From a virus (taxonomy: Duplodnaviria > Caudoviricetes): a DNA stretch of 28,283 nucleotides. The first letter of the stretch is position 1. Each line of letters starts with the position of its first letter. The stretch lies in the IMG/VR virus record IMGVR_UViG_3300020463_000102, positions 1 to 28,283 of that record; one strand, written 5' to 3'. Positions 6,652 to 18,700 of this stretch are shown piece after piece. The translations under genes and the position numbers were made by a program. Under the pieces are notes generated by a model. It made no database searches and was not told the origin of the DNA. It was given only the letters and a program-made list of their open reading frames with translations.

Positions 6652-8889
6652 ATGGCAGGCGAAAATTATCAAAGAAGTAGAGGCGTTCAATCCAACTATA
6701 AAAAAGATGTTGGAGGAACACCAGCTGACAGTGGTCCGTTTATTGGAGAAGTTACAAATAATGTAGATCCAACACGCAGTGGTCGATTGCAAGTGTTTCT
6801 AACACATTTAGCTGGTTCAGATAAAAACAATAAAAGTCTTTGGCGAACAGTAAATTATCTAAGTCCTTTCTATGGAATTACTCAACAAAGTGCACCTCAA
6901 CCTACAGGTCCAGGTAGTTTTACAGGAAATAATCAAAGTTACGGATTCTGGGGAACACCACCAGACTTAGGAACAAAAGTATTATGTTTCTTTGTAGATG
7001 GAGATCCAAGCAAAGGTTATTATATGGGTATGCCAATAGAACCTGGACTTAATCACATGGTACCAGCAATTGGAGCCAGTGACAAATACGTAGATGATAG
7101 TAATTCACCGTTGTTTGCTAACAAGCCAAAGTTGCCTGTTGTAGAAATTAATAATGCAAATCCAGCAATAAGTGAAAATCCAAGATTTTTTGAAGAAACA
7201 AAACCGGTGCATAGCGTACTTGCTGGACAAATGTTGTCACAAGGTGTCATAGCTGAACCACTACTTGGGCCTATAACATCAAACAGTCAAAGAGAGTCAC
7301 CGAGTAATTGTTTTGGTATAAGCACTCCAGGAAGACCAGTATACTCAGGTGGACTGACTGATGCACAACTACAACAAAAAATAAACAGTTCAACACTACA
7401 AGCAAATGAAGTAAATGTGATTGGTCGCAAAGGCGGACACAGTATAGTAATGGACGACGGTAGTCAAGCAAACGAAGACAATTTAATTAGATTGCGTACC
7501 AGTAGCGGACATCAGATAATGATGAACGATACACCTGATGGACAAACTATACATATTATGCATGCCAATGGGCAATCATGGGTTGAGCTGGGCAAAGAAG
7601 GAACAATTGATGTCTACGCTTCTAATAGTTTAAATATTAGGAGTGCTGGTGAAATCAATATGCATGCTGACAGAAATATTAATATTAATAGCGAAAATGG
7701 CACGATAAACATGAATGCCAAAGCTGCAATGAGTTTAGAAAGTGCAAGTTTAAACTTGACAGGAACAAACAGTTTGCTTGCCTACAGTAAAAGCATGATT
7801 GGTTTAAAAAGTGATGCATCCTTAATGCTTAAAAGCAACACCGGAAGTTGGGGTGCCGGCAGTAACTTGACATTAGAAGCAGGTTGTATCAAATTAAATA
7901 GCGGTGCGGCTCCAGATGTGCCTAAAGCACAAGCGATACCTAAACGCAGATTACCTGATACAAAATTTGAACCACAACAAGGATGGATACCAGAGCCTGC
8001 TGCAATACAAACTATTGTTACACGGGCTCCAACACATGAGCCCTACGCTGAGCGTGGTACTGGAGTAAACACTTCGACTAATTTAGCAACCAGTAGTGAA
8101 GAAGTTCCTCTAGACGACAAAACAAAAGAAGCAGTAGAGAAAACAGATACTACTGAAATTACAAAAATGGACAAAGGTGATTATGAAGCACAAGATGCTG
8201 CCAAAAACAATGTAGGAAAACTTGGAACAAACAAAGTCACTGGCATGTTAGCACAGGCAAGTAAATCAGTGCCACAAGGTTTTAATGAAATATCAAACAC
8301 TGGGGGTGTTGGTAAATTTGGTTTTGATGCCACTGAACTAGAAGGCGCAGGATTTCTAAAACCAGGCACTGCCGACTTCTTCCTCAAAGATGCAACTTCT
8401 AATCTCAACACTGTGTTAAGTAGTTCAAGTGTGTGGAGTGGTAACCAAGGCATAAATGGATTGAGCGACTTTTTAAACAACGAGTCGATACAAGACATAA
8501 CAAAAAATGACTTGTTTACAAAGGGACTTAACGGATTGCAAAACGCAGGGATTGTTACTGGTTTAGAAAATGACGCGGACCTAGCAGGACTTGTGACAGG
8601 AGCAAGCAAGTTTGGAGTTGATGCAGTAAAAAAATGGACAGAAGGCAGTGCAATACTAGGAAAAACGCTTAATGGCGCCAATAGCGGAAACATTACTGCA
8701 GGACAGATGAACGAGCTGGTAGCTGGCGGAAAGTATGCAGTGAATCTTACTACTCAAAAAATTAGTAGTGAGATACAAGGATTTACGACAGGAGTTGTCG
8801 GAGCAACCGGTACTGTGGTTAGAACTGAAATTGACACAGCAGTACAGTCAGTAATTGCTAGCCAAAAAGTCACAGGAATAGAAACATAA
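6652..8889 (+). CDS. gp5: Baseplate central spike gp5/VgrG-like (OB-fold, beta-helix, C-terminal lysozyme-like domain)
   Basis: N-terminal GEV.NNVDP.RSGRLQV...W....SPF...PPDLGTKVLCFF..GDP..GYY.G is a gp5 OB-fold. GGHSIVMDD / RLRTSSGHQIMMND / GQSWVELGKEGTI are beta-helix repeats. SD-like AAGGTGA upstream. Confidence 0.85.
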   Translation: MAGENYQRSRGVQSNYKKDVGGTPADSGPFIGEVTNNVDPTRSGRLQVFLTHLAGSDKNNKSLWRTVNYLSPFYGITQQSAPQPTGPGSFTGNNQSYGFWGTPPDLGTKVLCFFVDGDPSKGYYMGMPIEPGLNHMVPAIGASDKYVDDSNSPLFANKPKLPVVEINNANPAISENPRFFEETKPVHSVLAGQMLSQGVIAEPLLGPITSNSQRESPSNCFGISTPGRPVYSGGLTDAQLQQKINSSTLQANEVNVIGRKGGHSIVMDDGSQANEDNLIRLRTSSGHQIMMNDTPDGQTIHIMHANGQSWVELGKEGTIDVYASNSLNIRSAGEINMHADRNININSENGTINMNAKAAMSLESASLNLTGTNSLLAYSKSMIGLKSDASLMLKSNTGSWGAGSNLTLEAGCIKLNSGAAPDVPKAQAIPKRRLPDTKFEPQQGWIPEPAAIQTIVTRAPTHEPYAERGTGVNTSTNLATSSEEVPLDDKTKEAVEKTDTTEITKMDKGDYEAQDAAKNNVGKLGTNKVTGMLAQASKSVPQGFNEISNTGGVGKFGFDATELEGAGFLKPGTADFFLKDATSNLNTVLSSSSVWSGNQGINGLSDFLNNESIQDITKNDLFTKGLNGLQNAGIVTGLENDADLAGLVTGASKFGVDAVKKWTEGSAILGKTLNGANSGNITAGQMNELVAGGKYAVNLTTQKISSEIQGFTTGVVGATGTVVRTEIDTAVQSVIASQKVTGIET

Positions 8890-8892
8890 ATA
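8885..8892 (+). promoter_or_regulatory. Putative late promoter core CATAAATA overlapping the gp5 stop codon
   Basis: TAAATA at 8887-8892 includes the TAA stop. The gp25 ATG follows after 4 nt. Confidence 0.55.
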
Positions 8893-8896
8893 CGTT

Positions 8897-9277
8897 ATGA
8901 CAACTGTTATCGGATATAGCACAGTAGGTAGATTCAAAAATTATACACTGACTGATTTTGAACTTATTAAGGCTGACTTATTAAATGCACTTAATATCAG
9001 ACAAGGCGAAATGCCTGGCAGACCTGATGTTGGAACATCTATGTGGAGTCTTATATTTGAACCTCAAAGTGCTCAAACATCACAGGCAATTATCAATGAA
9101 TTACAACGTGTAGTTGCTCAAGATCCAAGAATAGAAGTTTCAGACATAAATGTATACGCACAAGAAAATGGATTCTTATGCGAACTTGAAGTTGAAACAA
9201 TTGCAGGTCAAGATGCAAATACTTTAACTGTGTTTTTTGACAATCAACAACAACGAGCCTCCTTTTCAGACGTCTAG
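8897..9277 (+). CDS. gp25: Baseplate wedge/sheath initiator gp25-like (GPW_gp25)
   Basis: ELIKADLLNALNIRQGEMPGRPDVGTSMWSLIFEP...DPRIEV matches the gp25 L.T..GER...P.fG.....lFEP..EPRi pattern. 126 aa, directly before gp6. Confidence 0.9.
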   Translation: MTTVIGYSTVGRFKNYTLTDFELIKADLLNALNIRQGEMPGRPDVGTSMWSLIFEPQSAQTSQAIINELQRVVAQDPRIEVSDINVYAQENGFLCELEVETIAGQDANTLTVFFDNQQQRASFSDV

Positions 9278-9278
9278 T

Positions 9279-9296
9279 ATAAACTACGTAGTTTAT
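9279..9296. repeat. Perfect 18-bp palindrome ATAAACTACGTAGTTTAT
   Basis: Arms ATAAACTAC / GTAGTTTAT read directly in the gp25-gp6 intergenic gap. Confidence 0.95.
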
Positions 9297-9310
9297 TTTA
9301 ATGATAAATA
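9282..9310 (+). promoter_or_regulatory. Late promoter: AACTACGTAGTT-N11-TAAATA
   Basis: TAAATA at 9305-9310, 12-mer at 9282-9293, SD TAAGGA, then ATG 9329. Confidence 0.75.
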
Positions 9311-9328
9311 CTAGGTAAGGAAATACAC

Positions 9329-12300
9329 ATGGCTAAAACTACAAGACAAACTAGTATATTTGGCGTTGAGGATTGGAAGAGAATTTACCAAACTTACCGT
9401 GAAGCAGATTTTCAAAGTTACGATTTTGAAACACTACGTAAGAGTTTCATTGATTACATACGTCTCTACTATCCAGAAAGTTTTAACGATTACATTGAGT
9501 CAAGTGAATTTATTGCACTGCTTGATGTTATGGCATTTATGGGACAAGCAGGTAGTTTTAGAAATGACCTTAACACAAGAGAAAATTTTATCGACACTGC
9601 TGAAAGAAGAGACAGTGTAAACAGACTAGCCGAACTGGTAAGTTACACCCCAAAGCGTAACACTGCCGCACAAGGATTTTTAAAAGTACAAAGTATTAGT
9701 ACAACAGAAGGCGTAATTGATTTTACTGGCGTTAATCTTTCTAATATTACAGTAAATTGGAATGACACTACAAATGCAAACTGGCTAGAACAGTTTACAG
9801 TGATAGTAAATGCAGCTTTAGATAATAGTCAAAGATTTGGGCGTCCAGGGAACGCTCAAACTATACTTGGTGTTGATACCGAAGAATATGCACTTAATCT
9901 GATACAAGGTTTTCTACCAGTCATACCTTTTACCAGTACCATAAACGGAACTGAAATGGGATTCGAAGCAGTATGTGCTACTACGCAAAATGAAACATTT
10001 GTATACGAGCCATCACCAGCTCCGAATGGCACATTTAATATTTTATATAGAAATGATAAACAAGGATATGCTAGTGCAAACACTGGCTACTTCTTCTTAT
10101 TCAAGCAAGGAAGCCTACAAGACTTAGATTTCAACTTAGGTGAGCGTATCTCCAACAGAGTAGTGAATGTAAACATTGAAGGTATTAATAACGAAGACAC
10201 ATGGTTGTACCAACTTGATTCTCAAGGTAATATAGCTAATGAATGGGACTATGTTGAAAACATATACACCGGTGCAGTTGAAGAGCTTACTCCAGAACAA
10301 CGCAAATACTTTACAATAAGTTCTAGAACAAATGATCAAATTAATTTAAACTTTGGAGATGGTGTATTCAGTAGTATACCAGTTGGCAGTTTCAGAACTT
10401 ATGTACGTGCCAGTAACGGATTAAGTTATATTATAAATCAAGATGAGATGCAAAATGTAACCATCTCAATTGGCTACGTAAGTCGTACAGGCAGGAATGA
10501 AACACTAACTTTTACATGTGCTTTAACACAACCAGTAAGCAATGCCGCTAACAGAGAAAATATTAACGACATCAAACAACGTGCTCCTGCAAGATACTAC
10601 ACACAAAACAGAATGGTCAACGGAGAAGACTACAACAATTTTCCATATACACTTTATTCAACTATAATCAAGTCCAAGGCTGTTAATCGTAGCTCAATTG
10701 GTACTAGTCGATATTTGGATCTTGTAGATATTACTGGAAAATATTCAAGCACAAACGTTTTTGCATCTGATGGACTTATATACGAAAACACAGCAGTACC
10801 AAGTTTTACCTTTACATTTGTTGATAAAAATGACATAACCGATGTGATTGTAAACCAAGTTGAACCTGTACTCGCAAGCCGAGGTATGCAAGAGTTTTAC
10901 TATGAAAACTTCACACGCCCTGATTTGTCAGTGTTGAATCTAAATTGGAGTCAAAGTACAACCAGTAATAACGAAACAACTGGTTTTTTTAGATTTGTAG
11001 CAACTAATGCACCAGCACCAGTAGGATCACAAGCAAGTGATAACAAAAAATATATTGCACAAGGTGGACTAGTTAAATTTACACCTCCTGCAGGACAATA
11101 TTTTACTGCTACAAATAGACTAGCAGTTGGATCGCCAACATTGCCTGGAGATAAAACAGTATTATGGGCAACTGTAACTGCATTAGAACTTGACGGAACA
11201 AATCAAGGAGTCGGCAATAATGCAGATGGTACTGGACCTGTAACCCTAAACAATTTTATTCCTACTAATGCAGTACCAACTGAAGTTATTCCAAATTTTA
11301 TTACAGACTTACCAACTGCAATCGAAACTACAATGCGTGAAAATATTGAATTATATAGAAATTTTGGTTTAGGGTATGATAACCTAACAAGTACTTGGTA
11401 TGTGATTAATAGTACTAATATTAATAATGCAATAACATTTAGTTTAGTGAATGCACAAAACACATCAGGCACAGGACTAGACAATTCATGGCTAGTTGAT
11501 TTTACAACTGATGGAGTGACATATACTGTAAGCTCACGTAGTTTACAACGGTTTTGGGCAAGTGTACTAGAAACACGTTTCTTTTATGACGGTACACAGA
11601 AAGTGTATGATCCAAAGACAGGAACAGTCATAAACGATTTTATCAATGTGTTAAAGACTAACAATAAACCAGATACAAGTTCAACACTTAACAGTGATGA
11701 AGTATTAGACATCATCGATCAACCTGTTGAGACAGACGGCTTTGTTGATGACTTTAGAGTTAGAATAAGTTACAAAGATTCAGATAATGATGGAATACCA
11801 GACAATCCAGACTACTTTACAGATCTTGTGGCACCAACAGTTAATCCTAATAACAAAAGAATCTACTTGCAACAAACAGTGGATTTTGATAATTTAGAAC
11901 GATATTTGCCTCTAGCTGCTGATGTGGTGATCGGATCGATTGCAACAAAAGATGCAATTGAATTAGTAAAGAGCGAGTATGCAGACAAACAGGTATTTTA
12001 TGCATATACTGATAAAAAGTTTTATCAACTCACAGTTGATTATGAAGGGCTGAGAACAATTACTGAGATCACAGGTTATGAGACCTATGTAGGCAGACAA
12101 GGCTTGTATTTTCAGTATCGTCATAATGCTCCATTGAGTAGGCGTATTGACCCTGGTACAACTAATATTATTGACCTATATCTTGTAACACAATCTTATT
12201 ATATTGCTTATCAAAATTACATACGTGACAGTACAGGCTCTGTCACAGAACCAGCAAAGCCAACAATTGACGAGTTAACAACCAGTTATAGTACACTTGA

Positions 12301-12736
12301 TCAATACAAGATGATTTCAGATAATATTATTTTGAATAGTATCACTTTCAAACCATTGTTTGGAACAAAGGCGTCAGTTGAATTACAAGCCACCATCAAG
12401 TGTGTTAAAAATACATCAAGCACTGCCAGTGTAAGCGAAATTAAAAGTCAAGTTGTTAGTGCAATGAACACTTATTTCACTATTGAAAACTGGGATTTTG
12501 GTGATACGTTTTTCTTTAGTGAGCTTAGTGCATATTTGCATGACAGATTGGGAAGTATTATAAGTTCGGTGGTATTAGTACCAACTGATCCTCTTAAATC
12601 ATTTGGTGATTTATATGAAATACGAAGTCAAGCAAATGAAATATTTGTAAATGCAGCCACAGTAAATGATGTCCAAGTAATTGATGCACTTACAGGTAGC
12701 CAGCTGCGAACTGCACCAAATAGCGGAGTAGTCTAG
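9329..12736 (+). CDS. gp6: Baseplate wedge protein gp6-like (gpJ family), enlarged to 1135 aa
   Basis: DFETLRKSFIDYIR..YPE.FND..ESS..IALLD..A, ENFIDTAERRDSV.RLA.LV.Y.PKR, INLNFGDG.F..IP and E.I..IK..AP..Y..QNRMV..EDY are gp6/baseplate J hallmarks. Confidence 0.92.
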   Translation: MAKTTRQTSIFGVEDWKRIYQTYREADFQSYDFETLRKSFIDYIRLYYPESFNDYIESSEFIALLDVMAFMGQAGSFRNDLNTRENFIDTAERRDSVNRLAELVSYTPKRNTAAQGFLKVQSISTTEGVIDFTGVNLSNITVNWNDTTNANWLEQFTVIVNAALDNSQRFGRPGNAQTILGVDTEEYALNLIQGFLPVIPFTSTINGTEMGFEAVCATTQNETFVYEPSPAPNGTFNILYRNDKQGYASANTGYFFLFKQGSLQDLDFNLGERISNRVVNVNIEGINNEDTWLYQLDSQGNIANEWDYVENIYTGAVEELTPEQRKYFTISSRTNDQINLNFGDGVFSSIPVGSFRTYVRASNGLSYIINQDEMQNVTISIGYVSRTGRNETLTFTCALTQPVSNAANRENINDIKQRAPARYYTQNRMVNGEDYNNFPYTLYSTIIKSKAVNRSSIGTSRYLDLVDITGKYSSTNVFASDGLIYENTAVPSFTFTFVDKNDITDVIVNQVEPVLASRGMQEFYYENFTRPDLSVLNLNWSQSTTSNNETTGFFRFVATNAPAPVGSQASDNKKYIAQGGLVKFTPPAGQYFTATNRLAVGSPTLPGDKTVLWATVTALELDGTNQGVGNNADGTGPVTLNNFIPTNAVPTEVIPNFITDLPTAIETTMRENIELYRNFGLGYDNLTSTWYVINSTNINNAITFSLVNAQNTSGTGLDNSWLVDFTTDGVTYTVSSRSLQRFWASVLETRFFYDGTQKVYDPKTGTVINDFINVLKTNNKPDTSSTLNSDEVLDIIDQPVETDGFVDDFRVRISYKDSDNDGIPDNPDYFTDLVAPTVNPNNKRIYLQQTVDFDNLERYLPLAADVVIGSIATKDAIELVKSEYADKQVFYAYTDKKFYQLTVDYEGLRTITEITGYETYVGRQGLYFQYRHNAPLSRRIDPGTTNIIDLYLVTQSYYIAYQNYIRDSTGSVTEPAKPTIDELTTSYSTLDQYKMISDNIILNSITFKPLFGTKASVELQATIKCVKNTSSTASVSEIKSQVVSAMNTYFTIENWDFGDTFFFSELSAYLHDRLGSIISSVVLVPTDPLKSFGDLYEIRSQANEIFVNAATVNDVQVIDALTGSQLRTAPNSGVV

Positions 12737-12737
12737 T

Positions 12738-15700
12738 ATGGCTAAGCGTATTCGCTCAGAAGATTTCTTACCAGAAATATTTCAAACACCTGCTAATAAA
12801 CAGTTGTTACGTAGTACACTGGATCAACTTACACAGAATCCAAAACTCAAACCCACTGAAGGTTATATCGGGCGTAAGATTGGCCCTGGTGTAACTGCTT
12901 CAGATAGTTATGTGCTTGAGCCAACAACAACACGAAGCAATTATCAATTGGAACCAGGTGTTGTACAAACAAACGACAACGGTACTGAAGTTTTAAACAC
13001 CATTACCTATCCAGGTATTATAGACAGTTTGCAATTACAAGGGGCAAATACAACACGTGATGATAGACTGTTTGATAGTGAGTATTACAGTTTTGATCCA
13101 ATGGTTGACTTTGACAAATATGTTAACTTTGGACAGTACTATTGGGTACCTGCAGGTCCAAATAGCGTAAGTGTTTTTGCAAACGCTATTCCTATACGTG
13201 CAACCTATGATGTAAAATATGTAAACACAGGCTATACATTTTCAGAATATGCCGGGACCTTGCCTACAATTAATCTTGCTAGGGAAGGCGAATATAATTT
13301 TAACGTAAGCGATAGCGGACGTAATTTTTGGATACAATCACAACCTGGTACTTCAGGAGTATTAGCACAACAACCAAATCAAAGTTCACGAGAAGTATTA
13401 GGTGTAACAAACAATGGCGATGATTTTGGCACAGTAACATTTGCCGTGCCTAGTAAAACTGCACAAAATTTTTATTTTACACTTGCTGATATCGGCAGCA
13501 CAGATCTACTGGAAGACACATTACAGTTCAATCAAATTAACAACGTGTTTGTTGATGTGTTTGTAGAAGAGCATGGCGGTATTGACGGCATCACAGACTT
13601 ACAAGATCGTACACTTATTATTACCACAGATACTGATACTGGTTGGGAAATACTTACACCATTTGATGACACATTGTTTGACCAAGACGATCCTGGTATA
13701 CCAAATCCTGGTTTTGATAATAGCGTAGCGTTGGCAACTGACCCAGAGCGTTATGTGCAATGGAGAATTAATTATAATTATCAGAATCCAACACGTCCTT
13801 TTATAGAACTTACAAAAGTAAAAGACGTTGCAAATTTAAGCAAAAGTATTATTAACTATGGCACAGACTATGCTGGCGTAACCTTTTACAAAAATGCTGA
13901 TGGAATGTTTGAGAGGCAACCTCTTATTACCGCTAACCTTGATATCTTATACTACCAAGATGCCAGCGACGAATTAAACTTTGGTATAATACGCTTGGTT
14001 GATCAAACAAATCTTTCAGATCTGAATGTTGATGAAGACATAGTAGGCAAGAAAAACTATTCTTCACCAAATGGAGTTGTTTTTACAAATGGTTTAAAGG
14101 TTGAATTTACTGGTGCAATTGTTCCTGCAAGTTATGAAGGAAAGCAGTATTATGTTGAAGGTGTCGGCACAGCTATCGAATTACTTCCAGTTACTGACTT
14201 TGTTACTCCAGAAACATATACTATAAGTGCAAGTGTGCCTTTTGATAGTTTATCTTTTGACGAAGGCGGATATGACGCAACTTCTAATGCTCCTACTGCA
14301 CAAGACTACATGACAATCAACCGTGCGAGTATTGATCAGAATGCATGGAGCAGAGGTAATAGATGGTTCCATATTGATGTTTTGACAAACACTGCAACAT
14401 ACAATAATGTACCATTAGAGATCAACAATGATGCAAGAGCAAAACGTCCAATACTTGAATACAGGAAAAGTCTAAAATTATTTAATTATGGAACACTAGC
14501 AACTGATCCAGTTGACATAATTGATTTTACACAGACAAATGCTTTTCAAAATGTTAACGGAAGTATCGGATACAGCGTTGACGGATATCCACTGATACAA
14601 GGATCAAGAATTATATTTGCTAACGATAGTGATCCACAAGTAAAAAATAAAATTTACACTGTGAACTTTGTTGACTTCCAAGATAGTAGTGTAAAAACTA
14701 TTGACTTACAGGCCGCAAGTTTAACGTCTCCTGAAGTACCAACAAATACAAATATTGTGGTGCTGAGTGGAACAACTGAGCAAGGTAAAAGTTACTGGTT
14801 TAATGGTACTACATGGATTGCTGGCCAACAAAAAACAGACACAAACCAACCACCACTATTTGACGTTTACGATGAAAACGGTTATAGTTTCAGTGATATA
14901 TCTGTCTATCCTAGTAGCACATTTGTGGGCACTAAAATATTCAGTTACGCAGTTGGGACCGGAGCCACTGACACTATTATTGATCAACCTTTAAAATATT
15001 TTTCAATTAGCAATGTTGGTGACATTGTATTTGATAACAACCTATATACTGATACATTTACCTACGTAAAAAATGCAACAAGTTCAACACAAAAAATTGA
15101 TACAGGTATCATCAGACAGTATGACACTATATCAACATTTTATAAATTACTTGGATGGCAAACTCACTTTGATACAAGCGTACAACGACAAAGTTTTACA
15201 TTTGATTATGCAGATATTCCATTGGTTTTAGACGTGCCGGTTATTACAGATACTTCAAAAATACCCGTGAAAGTTTTTGTTGATGGACAGTTTGTACTTC
15301 CAAACACATATACATATACAACTAATGCGGACAATTTGACTGTCATAACTTTTAATACAAATGTTGTAGGACAACCTGCTACTGAGCCTGCATCAGGTGC
15401 AGTAGTTGAAATTCAAGTTTTAAGCAACAGTGCAAGTACAATAGGTTTTTACACTATTCCTAGCAACTTAGAATCAAATGCTTTAAATAAAAACAGTGAA
15501 AATTTTACGCTAGGAACTATCCGTACACACTATGAAACTATTTGTCAAAACTTAGAAGGCTTTAGTGGTAAGATACACGGCGCAAACAATGTACGTGATC
15601 TTGGTAATTTAATTCCATTTGGTAATCTAATATTACAACAAAGTGCTCCGTTAACCATGCTTACTCCGTTTATCAGAGGCAGAGAGTTTGAGTACTTCCG

Positions 15701-18700
15701 TGCAGTAGAATTTAGCAGCCAAGAATATTCAAAAACCAAAAACAAGATTTTAGATTTTGTTGCTAACAACGACTGGTCTGGCAAAACCACATCAACTATA
15801 CTTGATACCACATTGATATCTATAAATGCTGGTAAAAACGCATCTGCTCCTTTTTATTGGACTGATGCCATTCCAAGTGGCAACGATTTTCAAACAACAA
15901 CATATACTTTTAGTCCTATCTCGACTTATGTGTTCGATACTCTTAACAGTTATGATTTTACAAGTGCCAATTACAACGGCATATTAGTTTACCTTACGCC
16001 TAAAAGCACTGGCATACAAACTATATTAGTCGGAGATGGTGAAGAATATACTGTAGCCACTGACGGACCTCGTATTACAATTAACAGTGAAAAGATCACA
16101 CTGGCTAATGATGATATCATTACCATCCGTGAATATACTGCGACTTATGGAAGTTACATTCCAGCAACTCCTAGCATGATGGGTTTGTACCCTGTTTACT
16201 TGCCGCAATCGTTTGTTGATAATACCTATCTTACACCAACAACCGTTATACAAGGACACGATGGAAGTTTAACAGTGGCTTTTGATGCAGGTGATTATAG
16301 AAATGACGTACTACTTGAATTAGAAAAACGTATATACAACAATATTAAAATCAATACTGCAGAAAAATATGATCCGCCGTTAAGAGCAAGTGATGTAATA
16401 CCTGGACAGTTTAGAACAACAAACTACACACTAACAGAAATAAACAACATTTTAAATACCAGTTTCCTTGCATGGGTTGGTGCTAACCGTGTGCCATATA
16501 AAGATCAATCATATAGTGCAACCAACGAATTTACTTGGAACTATTCTAACAGCGAAAATAGATTAAGTTCTGCTCCTCTTGTAGGTTTCTGGAGAGGCAT
16601 ATATTTTGACCTATATGACACTGATAGCCCACATACACGTCCTTGGGAAATGGTAGGACTTAGTGTTAAACCAACTTGGTGGAATACTAGATATGGACCA
16701 GCCCCTTATACAAGTGGTAACACCGTATTATGGGACGATATGGCAAAAGGAATTATTGCATATCCAAGCGGAAACGTAATTGTAAAAGAATACATTAGAC
16801 CACAACTACTTGATTGTTTACCAACAGATTCACAAGGCAATCTTGTGTCGCCAATGCAAAGTATTGTTGGAAGCTATGATACAAATAGTTTTGTTAAAAG
16901 TTGGGTAGCAGGCGATTATGCACCAACACAAACTGCTTGGCGTAGGAGTAGTTATTATCCTTTTGCAATACAAAGATTACTAGCGTTGTGTGAACCTGCC
17001 AAATATTTTAGTCTATTTGCTGACAGGGACCTATACAAGTACAACACAGATTACAATCAATATTTGTACAACGATAGATTTAGAATTGATCCTGGACAAA
17101 TTGTTGTATACGGCAATGGAACAAGCAAGAACAGTTATATAAATTTCGTTGTTGATTACAATAGAGTAACTGGATTAGACAGTACTGTAGAAGTAACTAA
17201 GAAACTAGCAAATCTTGATGTAAGATTGTGTTATAGAATGGCTGGTTTCAGTGATAAGTCTTATTTAAAAATATTCTCTGAAAAATCATCACCTAATAGT
17301 TTAAACAGTAGTTTGCTATTACCTGACGAAAGTTATAAACTATTTTTATACCAAAATCCAAGTTTTGCAGAGGTACGATTTAGTGCAGTAACAGTTCAAA
17401 GAACAAGTGCAGGTTATAGCGTAGCAGGTTATAGCACAGAAAAACCATATTTTGAAATATTGCAAAGTGTGCCTACTGGCAAGTTTACTTCTATAGACGT
17501 AAATGGACAACAAAGTAGAATAAACAACACGTATAGTAACAATGTTGTGCAAGTGCCTTATGGATATACTTTTACAAGCACTAATGCAGTGGTTGATTTT
17601 CTTACAAGTTATGGTGCATTACTAGAAAAAGAAGGCTTAACATTTGACAGTCAGGCAAACGATACTATAATCGACTGGACACAGATGGCAAGAGAGTTTT
17701 TATATTGGGTTGGACAAAGTTGGACTGTGGGTAGTTTGATTAACTTAAATCCAGGAGCAGATATACTTAAACTTAACCGTAGTTTTAGTGTTGTTGAAAG
17801 TTTAAAAAATGAAAACATAAACGATATTATGCTTGATCAAAACTTTGAGCCATTATTTGGTAAAGACTATGCAGTAGAACGACTAGATAATGAACTTAAA
17901 CTTATAGGATTAAACAATCAAACTTTTAGTTTTTTAAATGCTAGATATACTTCATATGAGCATATAATTGTATTTGATAACACAAGTATTTTTAACGACT
18001 TAATTTACAATCCTATTACTGGTGCAAGACAAAACAGGTTACTGCTGAATGGGAACACTGTGTTTGAGTGGAATGGTACACTTGATGCACAAGGTTTTAT
18101 TCTCAATCAAGATAATATACAAGAATGGGTTGCTAATCAACCTTACACCAAAGGACAAATTGTACTTTACAAAGAAGCATACTGGAGTGCAACAAGATTA
18201 TTATCACCGAGTGCTACTTTTGTGTTCGCAGACTGGATAAAGAGTGATTTTGATCGAATACAGACTGGATTACTGCCAAACATTGCAACTAAAGCAGACG
18301 CTTTAAGAGAAAACTATGATATACATACTGCAAATTTAGAAAGCGATTCAACATTATTAGGCTTAGGATTAATTGGATTCCGTCCAAGACAGTATATGCA
18401 GAACCTTAACTTAGATGATATTTCGCAAGCAGGATTATATTCACAGTTTCTGGGTACAAAAGGCACATTAGGTGCAGCGGAACAATTTAAATCTGCTAAC
18501 CTCGGCAAAGAAGAAGCAGAATATGACATAAAAGAGAACTGGGCAATACAACGTGGCATTTACGGAGCCAATGCAAACAGAAGTTACTTTGAGTTAAGAT
18601 TAGACGAAAGCAAACTGCTTTCTAATCCAAGCACTGTTGCTGTAATAGACCCAGGTGAGATTACTACTGCCAATCAAGAAATATTATTAGAAAATATTTG

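Noticed and set aside
6647-6654. TATAAATG before gp5 as a late promoter
   Set aside because: The final base mismatches the core and the motif overlaps the start codon itself. An SD-like AAGGTGA explains the region.
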